NCBI GenBank assembly: GCA_028818705.1
Contig: JAPPNJ010000194.1
Span: forward strand, 10,909-74,908
Source: Candidatus Poribacteria bacterium
GTDB lineage: Bacteria > Poribacteria > WGA-4E > WGA-3G
Direction of reading: 5' to 3'
DNA length: 64,000 bases
Part shown: positions 8,381 to 17,818 of the stretch, one piece after another
How the letters are laid out: every line of letters begins with the position of its first letter
Numbering within the stretch: position 1 is the first letter of the stretch
The notes under the pieces: model-generated
Database searches by the model: none
What the model was told of the DNA's origin: nothing
The model's input: only the letters and a program-made list of their open reading frames with translations
Program-made: the position numbers and the translations under genes

Positions 8381-8414
8381 AACCGATAACTGATAACCGA
8401 CAACCGATAACCAC
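8381..8414 (+). repeat. A/C-rich decamer array (AACCGATAAC TGATAAC CGACAAC CGATAAC) immediately upstream of the cusA start
   Basis: Read directly from the sequence. It ends 6 nt before ATG 8420. Confidence 0.8.
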
Positions 8415-8419
8415 TAAAA

Positions 8420-11400
8420 ATGATTAACCGCATTATTGAAATCTGTATGAAAAACCGCCTGCTGGTATTGGTTATCTTTGTATTTGTAACAATGGCGGGT
8501 TGGTGGGCATTGAACCGAACACCAATTGATGCGATGCCTGACATCGGTGAAAATCAAGTTATTGTCTTCGCTGATTGGCCCGGGCGAAGCCCGCGGGATA
8601 TTGAAGATCAGGTTATCTATCCGTTGAGTATTACCATGCTTGGGATTCCCGATGTCAAAGATGTTCGCTCGACTTCAATGTTTAGTTTTGGCTACATTAA
8701 CATTATCTTTAAAGATGATGTCGATTTCTATTGGGCCCGCACACGGGTCCTGGAGCGAATGAATCTTGCCCAAAAGGACATGCCGGAGGGTGTTGTACCG
8801 ATCCTCGGTCCCGATGCAACCGGTGTTGGACAGGTGTTTTGGTACACCGTTGAGAACGGGTACTATTGCCCTAATCATCCAACGAAACGGTATGCAGCAC
8901 CCGGTAAATGTCCAGAAGATGGAGAACCACTTGTTGCTTCCAATTTAGATCTTCATGAACTTCGGACGCTCCAAGATTGGACGGTTCGTTACTATCTCGC
9001 CTCTGCCGATGGCGTTTCCGAGGTGGCCTCGGTCGGTGGGTATGTTAAACAGTATCAGATCGACATTGATCCGAACACTTTATTAGCGTACAATGTGCCG
9101 CTGTCCACTGTTTACAACGCTATCCGTGGGAGTAATCTTGATGTTGGAGCAAAGGTTATTGAAGAAGGCGGGATGGAATTCTTAATTCGGGGCTTGGGCT
9201 TTATCAAAAACATCACGGACATAGAAAACATTGTTGTTAGGGAACATGACGGTGTGCCCATCTACGTAAAAAACCTTGGAATAGTTAGCGAGGGACCTGA
9301 CTTTCGGCGTGGTGCTTTAGACAAGGCGGGAATCCCCGCAACAGGCGGAGTCGTTCTAATGCGCTACGGTGATAATCCGCTGCGCGTCATCGAGAACGTT
9401 AAGGCGAAAATAGCAGAACTCACGCCTGGGCTTCCGTCAGGCGTCCGAATTGTCCCGTTCTATGACCGGAGTGATCTCATTCACCGTGCAACGGACACGC
9501 TGAAGGAAACGCTAACAGAGGAAATCATCGTCGCGGCAGTTGTTATCCTGCTTTTCTTGGGGCAAGTTTCAAGTAGTTTGATAATAGCACTCGTCTTACC
9601 GATGGGAGTTCTGCTTTCGTTTGTGGGCATGCGGATTATTGGTTTACCTTCGAACATTATGTCGATGGGGGGTATTGCCATCGCGATTGGGGTGATGGTA
9701 GATGCCGGTATCGTAATGACCGAAAATATCACCCGGCATTTACGGGAACCGCACCCAGGTGAAACCAAACTTCAGGTTGCAACCCGTGCCGCTAAAGAGG
9801 TCGGACCCCCCATTTTCTTTGCAATGCTCATTGTGATTGTTGCTTTCATACCTGTCTTTTCTCTTACCGGTCAAGCGGGTAAACTCTTCAAACCCCTTGC
9901 CTATACAAAAACTTTCGCGATGATTGGTGCAGCCCTCATAGCGATTAGTCTGGTGCCAGTTTTAGCGTCATTTCTACTCACGGACCCAACCCGTACCCGG
10001 ACAGGTATAGTTTCTAAAATAGTGGCACAGGTCTTAGCGATACTGGGTTGGCCCCTAAGAAAATTAGCCGATGGAATTACGTGGGTACTCAGAACTGCCT
10101 ATCGTCCGATTATTCAATTGGCTGTAAAAAATATTTGGACGAAACTCGCTGTTGTTGCCTTAGCACTACTGATTTTTGGCGCAAGTATACCACTAACGCC
10201 TTTCTATAAAAATATTGGGCAAGAATTCATGCCACCCCTTAACGAAGGGTCCCTGTTATTTATGCCGGTCCTACTCCCGGGTGCCTCGATTACGCAAGCA
10301 AAAGATGTGATGGCAAAACAGGATTTGATTATGAATCGATTCCCAGAGGTTTCGCTCGTTGTTGGAAAACTGGGGCGAGCGACAACAGCAACCGACCCTG
10401 CCCCAATTGGCATGTTTGAAACCATTGTCAATATAGTTGATCCAACGGAGTGGCCCCGGCGGGCGGTTAAACGCAATTCAACAGAAGAGCTTGTGGCTCA
10501 TCTCGTCCAACTTTTAACGCGCGAGGGGCTGCTAAGCGAGGAACATGCCAGTCATATTAGTGCTGATTTTCTGGGTGCTATTGTTACGGGGACCGTAAAC
10601 CGGTTTGATACCTTAGCGACAACGTATCACAACTCTTATCTGTCAGTTGATGAGCGTGAACAACTGTATCGCATTTGGTTATTACGAATCCTGTTGGAAG
10701 AGCTCCTCACTGAAAAGCAAATGGGTGGGATGGGATTGGAGCAAGTTAAAATAGGTGAATCTGAGACCGAAGCGAAACTTCATCGGATTGCTGAAGAAAT
10801 TGAGCCTACCCTCAAGCATAAAACTTACTTCCGGACCAAAAACCGTAACGAACTCATCACCGAACTAACAGAGGCTACCCGAATGCCGGGAGTTTCTCCT
10901 ATTATGACGCAGCCCATACGAAATCGCGTTGATATGCTCGCAACGGGTATACAAACCCCAATTGGAATAAAAGTGTTTGGTAAAGACTTAGCGAAAATTG
11001 AAGAGATTGCCGTCCGGATTGAGCAGGAACTCCTTAAACTTGAGGGAGCATTGGGGCCTTATGCCGAACGTATTGGAAATAAGCCATACCTTGAATTTCA
11101 TATTGACCGGGAAGAAGCCGCGCGCTACGGTATCCAAATCCGAACGGTTCAGCAAATCATCATGACAGCGATCGGCGGCATGAATTTAACCTATACCGTT
11201 GAGGGACGAGAGCGATTTCCGATTCGTATCCGCTACATGCGAGAATTGCGGGATAATATTGAAGCACTCAAGCGTGTCCTCGTGCCAGCACCAAAGGGAC
11301 TGCATATTCCGCTTGAGCAACTCGTGAAAATTGAGAGACGGCCCGGGCCCGCGAAGATCGCGAGCGAAAATACTTTACTCTTTTCTCGCGTCTTTTGTGA

Positions 11401-12088
11401 TGTAGATGTTGACACTATCGGGCTGGTTGACTTTGTCGCATTAGCCCAAAAGACGCTTGATGAGAAGATTAAACCAGCCTTACCTCAGGGCTATTTCTAC
11501 GCCTTTAGCGGACAGTATGAAGCGGAACTTGAAGCCCGCAATAGGTTAGCAATTGTTGTACCGGTATGTATCGCCGTCATCTTCATGTTGCTATACCTCC
11601 AGTTCAAGTCGCCTTCTGCGATGTTTTCAATCTTCCTTGCGATTCCCTTTGCCTTCATCGGGGGTATGTGGATGCAGTGGCTGATGGAATATGTACCAGA
11701 AGCACTCGGCGGTGGTTACGCCATTAAATACAGTACAGCGGTGTGGGTAGGATATATAGCCTTATTTGGCATAGCCGTTGAAGATGGAATCGTCTTAATT
11801 GAATACTTACTGGAACGCGTCCGCGGGGGTGAATCTATTGACGAAGCCGTGATTAATGCTGGCTTATTGCGCGTCCGGCCCATCATTATGACCACAGCAA
11901 CGACAATCTTGGCGTTATTACCAATTATGTTAGCAGAAATCAGCACGACGACTGGCGCCGAATTGATGAAACCTATCGCAGTCCCTACCTTCGGTGGCAT
12001 GGTCTCGGCAACAGTCGCGAACCTTATCTTAGCACCTGTGTTATTCTCTCTCTTCTATCCCGTTGAACGTTGGATTCGCCAGCGGTAA
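8420..12088 (+). CDS. cusA: CusA/CzcA-family heavy-metal efflux RND permease (1222 aa, enlarged)
   Basis: It is collinear with E. coli CusA as I recall it (GPDATGVG, MSMGGIAIAIGVMVDAGIVM, RNRVDMLATG). The three-Met Cu(I)/Ag(I) site appears conserved (LLFMPVLLPG, APIGMFET, RNRVDML). There are two insertions relative to E. coli CusA. Confidence 0.9.
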   Translation: MINRIIEICMKNRLLVLVIFVFVTMAGWWALNRTPIDAMPDIGENQVIVFADWPGRSPRDIEDQVIYPLSITMLGIPDVKDVRSTSMFSFGYINIIFKDDVDFYWARTRVLERMNLAQKDMPEGVVPILGPDATGVGQVFWYTVENGYYCPNHPTKRYAAPGKCPEDGEPLVASNLDLHELRTLQDWTVRYYLASADGVSEVASVGGYVKQYQIDIDPNTLLAYNVPLSTVYNAIRGSNLDVGAKVIEEGGMEFLIRGLGFIKNITDIENIVVREHDGVPIYVKNLGIVSEGPDFRRGALDKAGIPATGGVVLMRYGDNPLRVIENVKAKIAELTPGLPSGVRIVPFYDRSDLIHRATDTLKETLTEEIIVAAVVILLFLGQVSSSLIIALVLPMGVLLSFVGMRIIGLPSNIMSMGGIAIAIGVMVDAGIVMTENITRHLREPHPGETKLQVATRAAKEVGPPIFFAMLIVIVAFIPVFSLTGQAGKLFKPLAYTKTFAMIGAALIAISLVPVLASFLLTDPTRTRTGIVSKIVAQVLAILGWPLRKLADGITWVLRTAYRPIIQLAVKNIWTKLAVVALALLIFGASIPLTPFYKNIGQEFMPPLNEGSLLFMPVLLPGASITQAKDVMAKQDLIMNRFPEVSLVVGKLGRATTATDPAPIGMFETIVNIVDPTEWPRRAVKRNSTEELVAHLVQLLTREGLLSEEHASHISADFLGAIVTGTVNRFDTLATTYHNSYLSVDEREQLYRIWLLRILLEELLTEKQMGGMGLEQVKIGESETEAKLHRIAEEIEPTLKHKTYFRTKNRNELITELTEATRMPGVSPIMTQPIRNRVDMLATGIQTPIGIKVFGKDLAKIEEIAVRIEQELLKLEGALGPYAERIGNKPYLEFHIDREEAARYGIQIRTVQQIIMTAIGGMNLTYTVEGRERFPIRIRYMRELRDNIEALKRVLVPAPKGLHIPLEQLVKIERRPGPAKIASENTLLFSRVFCDVDVDTIGLVDFVALAQKTLDEKIKPALPQGYFYAFSGQYEAELEARNRLAIVVPVCIAVIFMLLYLQFKSPSAMFSIFLAIPFAFIGGMWMQWLMEYVPEALGGGYAIKYSTAVWVGYIALFGIAVEDGIVLIEYLLERVRGGESIDEAVINAGLLRVRPIIMTTATTILALLPIMLAEISTTTGAELMKPIAVPTFGGMVSATVANLILAPVLFSLFYPVERWIRQR

Positions 12089-12134
12089 AAGAGTTTGTGA
12101 AGATTACTTTCTTTCTGTAAATATTGGAGGAATC

Positions 12135-12749
12135 ATGAAACTTCTGACTACATTCAGCATCTCTATACTTATTGGTCTTGTGGGGTTTCCAACCATCAGT
12201 ACTGCCCTTGAACTTGAAAAATACTTGCATGTTGCAAAGGGTGGTGTAATAAGCACGGGACGCGGATTAGCAATCACCGATGATGAACTGGAAACCGCAC
12301 GCACTGAAGAATTCTCATTAGGATTTCAATTGACATCTGCACTCCGGTTTTCGGTCCCGTTCAGTAATTACGTCGTGGATACGCGCGGAGGCAGTGGGGA
12401 TATTCTGCCTTTTGGAATGTTGGATGTTGAAACTGTTGGCATGATGCTGACGCTAAGTGGACGTGGGAAATGGGCACCATTCATTGGTCTCGGAACAAAC
12501 TTTTATGCCTTTAGAGAACAATTCGCTTCACCGGCGAATATTGAGAATACTTTTGGCGCGGAAGTATCTACTGGGATTAACAGAATACTGATTGACAGCA
12601 TCTTCGGCGTCGCTCGGTTGTACGGATCGTTTGGCTATCAATTCAGTTATTTAAGACCGCGGATTAGCGTCCCTACCAGACCTGACGTTGAAGTGTTATC
12701 GTTAGGTCGCCATAGCATCGGTTTCCGGTTAGAGGTCTTGGGGTTGTAG
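12135..12749 (+). CDS. Small secreted beta-barrel-like protein (hypothetical)
   Basis: ATG 12135 follows GGAGG. A signal peptide (MKLLTTFSISILIGLVGFPTISTA) is followed by an alternating beta-strand pattern. I could not assign a family. Confidence 0.5.
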   Translation: MKLLTTFSISILIGLVGFPTISTALELEKYLHVAKGGVISTGRGLAITDDELETARTEEFSLGFQLTSALRFSVPFSNYVVDTRGGSGDILPFGMLDVETVGMMLTLSGRGKWAPFIGLGTNFYAFREQFASPANIENTFGAEVSTGINRILIDSIFGVARLYGSFGYQFSYLRPRISVPTRPDVEVLSLGRHSIGFRLEVLGL

Positions 12750-12900
12750 GTGGATAGATGCGAAACCTAACAAAAATCTTGTAAAAATAGGCATTTCTGA
12801 TAGACTTACAGAAGAAATAACTAAAAAAGTCTCGTATCCAGTTAACTGACAACGGACGACGGTCAAAATCTCAGTAAAATAGGCGATAAGGAGATTACAA

Positions 12901-13893
12901 ATGAGTTTTCAAATCTACCGCCAGTTTCGTGTAAATATCTTGTTAGTACTCATCTTTTTCTTGTTGGGTGCGCCACTGATCAGTAACGCCGATGAAGCGG
13001 AGTCGCCTAATCAAAAACTGATGGTTATCTTCCCTGAAGCGAAGAAATTCGTTCTGAGAAGTCCTATACTTACGCCGAACCAAATTGCTGCAATTGAGAG
13101 AGAATTTGGTGCTGAACTTCGGGCGGAGGATCAGAAACCGGTATTCTATATTCCTATTAGTGACAGTAAAAAGCCTATGGGATTGGTGTTGTTCACGAAT
13201 GCTGCGGGACCGGGCGGTGTTATTGAAGGTGCCGTTGGACTGGATATGAGGGGGAAAGTCGTGAAGGTGGAGGTCTATGCGCACAAGGAATCAGACGCGA
13301 TTACACAAGCAGATTTTCTCAAGCAATTCATTGGTATGGGTGTAGACAACGCTTTCAAAGTTGGTATAGACGTTGAAACTATTGGCGGGGAGGAAGCTGC
13401 TTCAAACGCCGTCGCTCTGATTCCAAAAAAGACGTTGGTGATGAGTTATGCCCTGTTTCTGAAAAAGAAGCCGAAATTGGATGGAGAAAAAACACGAGCA
13501 TCTGATACACCAGAGCTCGATATTCCAGAGGAAGAGATGCCTGATGTCGAAGACCTTAAGGCACTGATGATGTTGATGATAGATGACTATTTCGTTGTCG
13601 TTGATTACTTCGATGACAAAGAGAGCAAGACGAATGCTGTCGAAGCGTCAAAACGGCTCGCCAGATATGCAAAGAGCATCTCAAACTTCGAGCCTCCAAA
13701 AAACGCAGATCAGACTGAGGAGTATGTCTACTTGCAAAGCAAGTTTAGTGAAGCTCTTCTTAAATTCGCTGCAGCACTTGAGAAAGAAGGTATTTCTGAC
13801 GAAACACGCGAGCAGTGGGACAGTATTGTTACCTTAATCAATCAGTCACACCTCCGATTTAGCGAGGAGGAGATTGATCTGGACACGTATTAG
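12901..13893 (+). CDS. Secreted FMN-binding-domain protein with an acidic linker and a helical C-terminal domain
   Basis: It has a signal peptide and a block resembling the FMN_bind domain of RnfG/NosR-type proteins (GLVLFTNAAGPGGVIEGAVGLDMRGKVVKVEVYAHKES). The C-terminal part is unassigned. Confidence 0.5.
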   Translation: MSFQIYRQFRVNILLVLIFFLLGAPLISNADEAESPNQKLMVIFPEAKKFVLRSPILTPNQIAAIEREFGAELRAEDQKPVFYIPISDSKKPMGLVLFTNAAGPGGVIEGAVGLDMRGKVVKVEVYAHKESDAITQADFLKQFIGMGVDNAFKVGIDVETIGGEEAASNAVALIPKKTLVMSYALFLKKKPKLDGEKTRASDTPELDIPEEEMPDVEDLKALMMLMIDDYFVVVDYFDDKESKTNAVEASKRLARYAKSISNFEPPKNADQTEEYVYLQSKFSEALLKFAAALEKEGISDETREQWDSIVTLINQSHLRFSEEEIDLDTY

Positions 13894-14044
13894 ATACATT
13901 AAATAGAAAACAAGGAAAGCTATTACTTGCACGTCCAAATTCCCTTGACAGAGACGGTGAGTGTTCGGTTAAAATATAATATATGGAACTCAGATAGGAA
14001 AAAATATAGGGCATTTAATTTCATAAGTTTAGATTGGAGACAGC

Positions 14045-15421
14045 ATGCGAAAATGGATATATTGCTTGTGTGTAGTTGGTATATTAGTAGGAATACTGCA
14101 AGCAACAGCACAGGTTCGTCCGCCTCGGCGAAGGCATAGAATAATGGTAGATCCGAGCGCGAAAAAGAAAAAAGATGTAGTAAAAGCGGATATAGGTGCA
14201 AGCCTCAAGGACATTGCGCAACGGACAACACAACACGTCCAAAATCCGAAAGTAGACATTGTGTTTGTCGTTGACGGCAGCAAGCGGATGGTGCCACATC
14301 TCATTGATCTTGAAAAGAAAATCGTTGATATGCTCTCCGTTATAGAGGCAAAAACGCTTGACTACAGATTCGCGCTGGTGGGTTTCCATTCAATGCAAGG
14401 TGAACCGCGGGCTACGCTCCATCAATGGACATTTGACTATCTCGGCATTACCAACGCCCTTCAAGATATGAGGATTGAATCCGGAAATAACATTGCATCT
14501 GGATATGGACTTGATGCGGTCATGAAAGGGCTAAGTGAGTTGGAGTTCCGCGCGGAGGTTACGACCCAGTTTGTTGTAGTTACCAACGCGCGCATGCGTA
14601 CCTCATGGACAGACGCAAAAGCCAAAAATAGGATTAGTGAACAGATTATTGATGTATCTCGTCGAAATGATGTTCAACTCAATTTCATCGGTCTTAGTGA
14701 AAGGGTCCAAGCGGAGCTTACAGATGAAACAAATGGAAAATGGTATCCGATTGATTCAAAGCAGCGGCGGATGGATGGGCAGCGGATTCAAAGTGGCGAA
14801 ACAATTGCGGATAAGGCACTGCTTCGAGTGGACGGGTTGTTCAAACGGATCGCGGAAAACCTTGTTGCGAGTCTTCCGGGGAAAGTGGATGTCGTGTTTA
14901 TCTTTGATTACAGCAAGAGCATGGAAACCAAAACGGATGCTGCCTGTGAGGGATTAGATATGATGGTTTCTGTGTTTAAGTCGGCAGGATTGGATTATCG
15001 GTTTGGGATGATCCGGTTTTGGGCGTCGGTTGGCGGAGGTGAAAGCACAATTGTTGTAACCAACCCACCCTTAGAACAGGAGCAAGTAAAATCTCTATTT
15101 CGCCTCCCAAAATTGGGAGATGAACATCTGTTAGATGCTGTTATTGAGGGTGTGCCAAAACTTCGGATAGATTCAGAGCGTGAACTTGTCCTTATCATTG
15201 TTACAGATGAATCAACGAGTAAACGAACCGAAAAAGGGTATACCGTGGGGCAGGCGATTTCGGTTTGTCGAGGGGCTTACGCGAAAGTGTATGTTATCGG
15301 GGGTGTCACCTCTATGCGAAGCAGCTCTATTTCGGATAACTTCCAGCGTCAGGTTGCGCAGTTAACCAAGGGCGAACATTACATCATGCCAGGATCTATT
15401 ATTGCTGACGAGAGCCGGTAA
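14045..15421 (+). CDS. Secreted protein with two tandem von Willebrand factor A domains
   Basis: It has a signal peptide and two vWA starts: DIVFVVDGSKRM, and DVVFIFDYSKSM with a DxSxS MIDAS motif. Confidence 0.7.
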   Translation: MRKWIYCLCVVGILVGILQATAQVRPPRRRHRIMVDPSAKKKKDVVKADIGASLKDIAQRTTQHVQNPKVDIVFVVDGSKRMVPHLIDLEKKIVDMLSVIEAKTLDYRFALVGFHSMQGEPRATLHQWTFDYLGITNALQDMRIESGNNIASGYGLDAVMKGLSELEFRAEVTTQFVVVTNARMRTSWTDAKAKNRISEQIIDVSRRNDVQLNFIGLSERVQAELTDETNGKWYPIDSKQRRMDGQRIQSGETIADKALLRVDGLFKRIAENLVASLPGKVDVVFIFDYSKSMETKTDAACEGLDMMVSVFKSAGLDYRFGMIRFWASVGGGESTIVVTNPPLEQEQVKSLFRLPKLGDEHLLDAVIEGVPKLRIDSERELVLIIVTDESTSKRTEKGYTVGQAISVCRGAYAKVYVIGGVTSMRSSSISDNFQRQVAQLTKGEHYIMPGSIIADESR

Positions 15422-15425
15422 CCTA

Positions 15426-16436
15426 TCACTCCAATGCAAGCTCATCCGCTGTTTTGGCGTGGATAGCGATGAGGACAAAACAGGTTGACTGCAAATTGGC
15501 GACTGGTTTTGTCAATTCCACTGGTGTATTGCTGACGAAGCTTCCATCTTCCTGCCGGACGGTTGTCAAGTAGTTGATAGCAACACGGCGAGTATTGAGT
15601 GGATCGTTTCCCGCAGCAAGCGCCATAATCGCGATGGCAGTAATTTCTGGATCGCTGGGACTGTTTCTATATCTGCCGAACCCACCATCGTCATTCTGTA
15701 GCTGCTTTAACCATGCAATTTGTGCGTCGATGTCGTAGACGGGCTCTAAGCCTTGTATCACCCAAGATGTAACAAAAATATCGGATTGTGTTCCACGTTG
15801 CATTGCCCAACCGCTGTCGAAATTGATACCTTCCGCGAGCCAATCGGCACCTTTAGAGACTGGCTCAAAACTCTGTTTGAAACCGAGCCGTCTGAAGCCT
15901 GCTAAGACAGCACCAGTGTAGAGCACATTGTCGGGAGCGCGTTCTTTTTTTCCCCAAGCCCCACTCGGATTCTGCGCTTTTTTCAACCATTGGAGTCCTT
16001 TAAAACGGACTTCGGGATCTGTTTCTGCTGTTGCTAAAGCGATAAGGGCAAAGGTAGTGTGAGCAGTGTTGTTGTTCCAACTTCCATTGTCCCATTGTGT
16101 ATTTCGGAGATACAAAACACCACTTCGGATTACTTGAGATCCGGTCCCCCATCCTGCGTCTATTAACGCCCAAATCGCGAACGCCGTGCTTTCGACATTA
16201 CTATCGCCACCAGGAGTCAGTGGCCAGCCGCCATCTCGGTTTTGGTGCTGCACAATGTAGGTTTTCGCGCTTTCTATGGTTTTATAAAGGGGTGGTTCCT
16301 CCGATGCCTTATAGGAAGGAATATCTGTGGCAGGAAGTGCTTCGTTCTGGGCAAAAGCATCCCCTTTAATCCCTGTAAAAAAAATCAGCAGCATGTAGCA
16401 AAATATCAGGATGCGCATGCGTCTATAGTGCTTCAT
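15426..16436 (-). CDS. Secreted prenyltransferase/squalene-oxidase-repeat (alpha-alpha toroid) protein
   Basis: It has a signal peptide and repeated motifs: QNRDGGW, DNGSW, NPSGAWG, FDSGW, NDDGGFG, QEDGSF. Confidence 0.7.
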   Translation of the reverse strand: MKHYRRMRILIFCYMLLIFFTGIKGDAFAQNEALPATDIPSYKASEEPPLYKTIESAKTYIVQHQNRDGGWPLTPGGDSNVESTAFAIWALIDAGWGTGSQVIRSGVLYLRNTQWDNGSWNNNTAHTTFALIALATAETDPEVRFKGLQWLKKAQNPSGAWGKKERAPDNVLYTGAVLAGFRRLGFKQSFEPVSKGADWLAEGINFDSGWAMQRGTQSDIFVTSWVIQGLEPVYDIDAQIAWLKQLQNDDGGFGRYRNSPSDPEITAIAIMALAAGNDPLNTRRVAINYLTTVRQEDGSFVSNTPVELTKPVANLQSTCFVLIAIHAKTADELALE

Positions 16437-16481
16437 TTTTAGTCCTACCTATGATTTTGGTTAGTTGTCAGTTGTTAGGTT

Positions 16482-16504
16482 AGGTTGCTATGCAACCCTT
16501 TCAG
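16482..16504 (+). repeat. Hairpin-TTTCAG motif, copy 1 (AGGTTGC-TAT-GCAACCC-TTTCAG)
   Basis: The same motif occurs at 62922-62944, and in reverse orientation with a compensated stem at 63426-63446. Confidence 0.75.
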
Positions 16505-16528
16505 CAATCCGGTGAAGCCTACATGGGC

Positions 16529-16619
16529 TTCATACCGTTGATTCTGATTTTGAATGCCATAAGGCATGAATACCTGGGGAATTCCATTAAGGCATTCATA
16601 CCGTTGATTTTGATTCTGA
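16529..16619. repeat. Two 25-nt direct repeats (TTCATACCGTTGATTYTGATTYTGA) with starts 66 nt apart
   Basis: The copies are at 16529-16553 and 16595-16619, with 2 mismatches. They lie in the ADH / prenyltransferase-like intergenic region. Confidence 0.8.
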
Positions 16620-16641
16620 TTTGTAGCGAACGCCCTATCCG

Positions 16642-17766
16642 CTACAATTGCGGCTCAATTACAACCTTGTAAACGCCTTCTTGCCCAAGCATGTCAATGC
16701 CTTTTTCCAACTGATACAGGGGCAGATGATGCGTTATCAATTCGCTCAAGGGCGCGCGCGTTATCTGGAGGAAATCCAACGCCGTTTGAAATTGAATCTG
16801 TGGATATGCCCACACACCACAGACATCCAGATCTTTATTACAGATTTGGTGCGGACGCACTTGGATATCCCCGGAATCTGTATAGTGTCCGACTTCAATA
16901 ACCTTCCCGCCGCGTCGCACGACGTCCAATGCTTCGGAGAAAACCATCGGCAATCCCGCACACTCAATCGCGATGTCCGCACCGACCCCGCTTGTGAGAT
17001 CTTGGATCTGTTCGATTCGTTCTTCACGTGTTGTCTCTCCGACATTGATGACCACATCTGCTCCCATCTGCTTCGCCATGTCTAATCGGCTATCGACGAG
17101 GTCGGTGGCAATGATAGTGCCAGCGCCACTCTCCCGTAATACTGCGACGACAAGCAGCCCAATCGGTCCACACCCCAGAACTGCAACCCGATTGCCGATG
17201 CTATATCCATCACCGACTTGCGGCACGCCTGGCGCGCAAGCGCGTTCAACGGCACGCGTCGCTACGGCTACAGGTTCTGTTAACACCTGAATCTCTTCCG
17301 GGATACTTTCTGGCATCTTATAGACCCAAGAATTCCCGTGAATGTAGGTATACTCAGAAAATTCGCCGTTCAGATAGGGGGGTGTTTCGCTGTTGCTGAA
17401 CCCATAGATAGTCCGGCCGGAACACAGGGTCGGACGACCCGGTACATGCAGACAATAGTAGCATCTACCACAGTTCTTTGATCCCGGTACCACAGTTACG
17501 CGATCGCCTGCTTTGATTGGACCGCCTATCACATTCATGACGTGATTCGCATCTTTGCCGATCTCAGCAACTGTGCCGACGACTTCGTGTCCTGGAATGA
17601 CTGGGAATTTCAGGGCAGTGTGCCCGAGGTACATGTGCTTATCACTCCCACATATACCGACTCGGTCGACTTGTAACAGGAGTGCATCGTCAGCAGGCGT
17701 AGGTTTATCGAATTCGTGGATTTCTATCTGCCCCGGTTGGAGCATCACTGCCGCTTGAACTTGCAT
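16642..17766 (-). CDS. Zinc-dependent alcohol dehydrogenase family (MDR; sorbitol/threonine dehydrogenase-like)
   Basis: Catalytic Zn region (GICGSDKHMYLGH, GHEVVGTV), structural-Zn cysteines (CGRCYYC) and a Rossmann motif (VLGCGPIGLL) are present. ATG 17766 follows GAGGAAAG. The track start at 17790 is a TTG. Confidence 0.85.
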   Translation of the reverse strand: MQVQAAVMLQPGQIEIHEFDKPTPADDALLLQVDRVGICGSDKHMYLGHTALKFPVIPGHEVVGTVAEIGKDANHVMNVIGGPIKAGDRVTVVPGSKNCGRCYYCLHVPGRPTLCSGRTIYGFSNSETPPYLNGEFSEYTYIHGNSWVYKMPESIPEEIQVLTEPVAVATRAVERACAPGVPQVGDGYSIGNRVAVLGCGPIGLLVVAVLRESGAGTIIATDLVDSRLDMAKQMGADVVINVGETTREERIEQIQDLTSGVGADIAIECAGLPMVFSEALDVVRRGGKVIEVGHYTDSGDIQVRPHQICNKDLDVCGVWAYPQIQFQTALDFLQITRAPLSELITHHLPLYQLEKGIDMLGQEGVYKVVIEPQL

Positions 17767-17818
17767 AGTTAACTTTCCTCGTTTTCTCAATATAAAAATT
17801 ATCTTATTGTTTTTTATT

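Noticed and set aside
16490-16672. 60-aa ORF in the ADH / prenyltransferase-like spacer
   Set aside because: It is built entirely from the stacked repeats and a palindrome, has no RBS, and has a repeated peptide caused by the 25-nt direct repeats.
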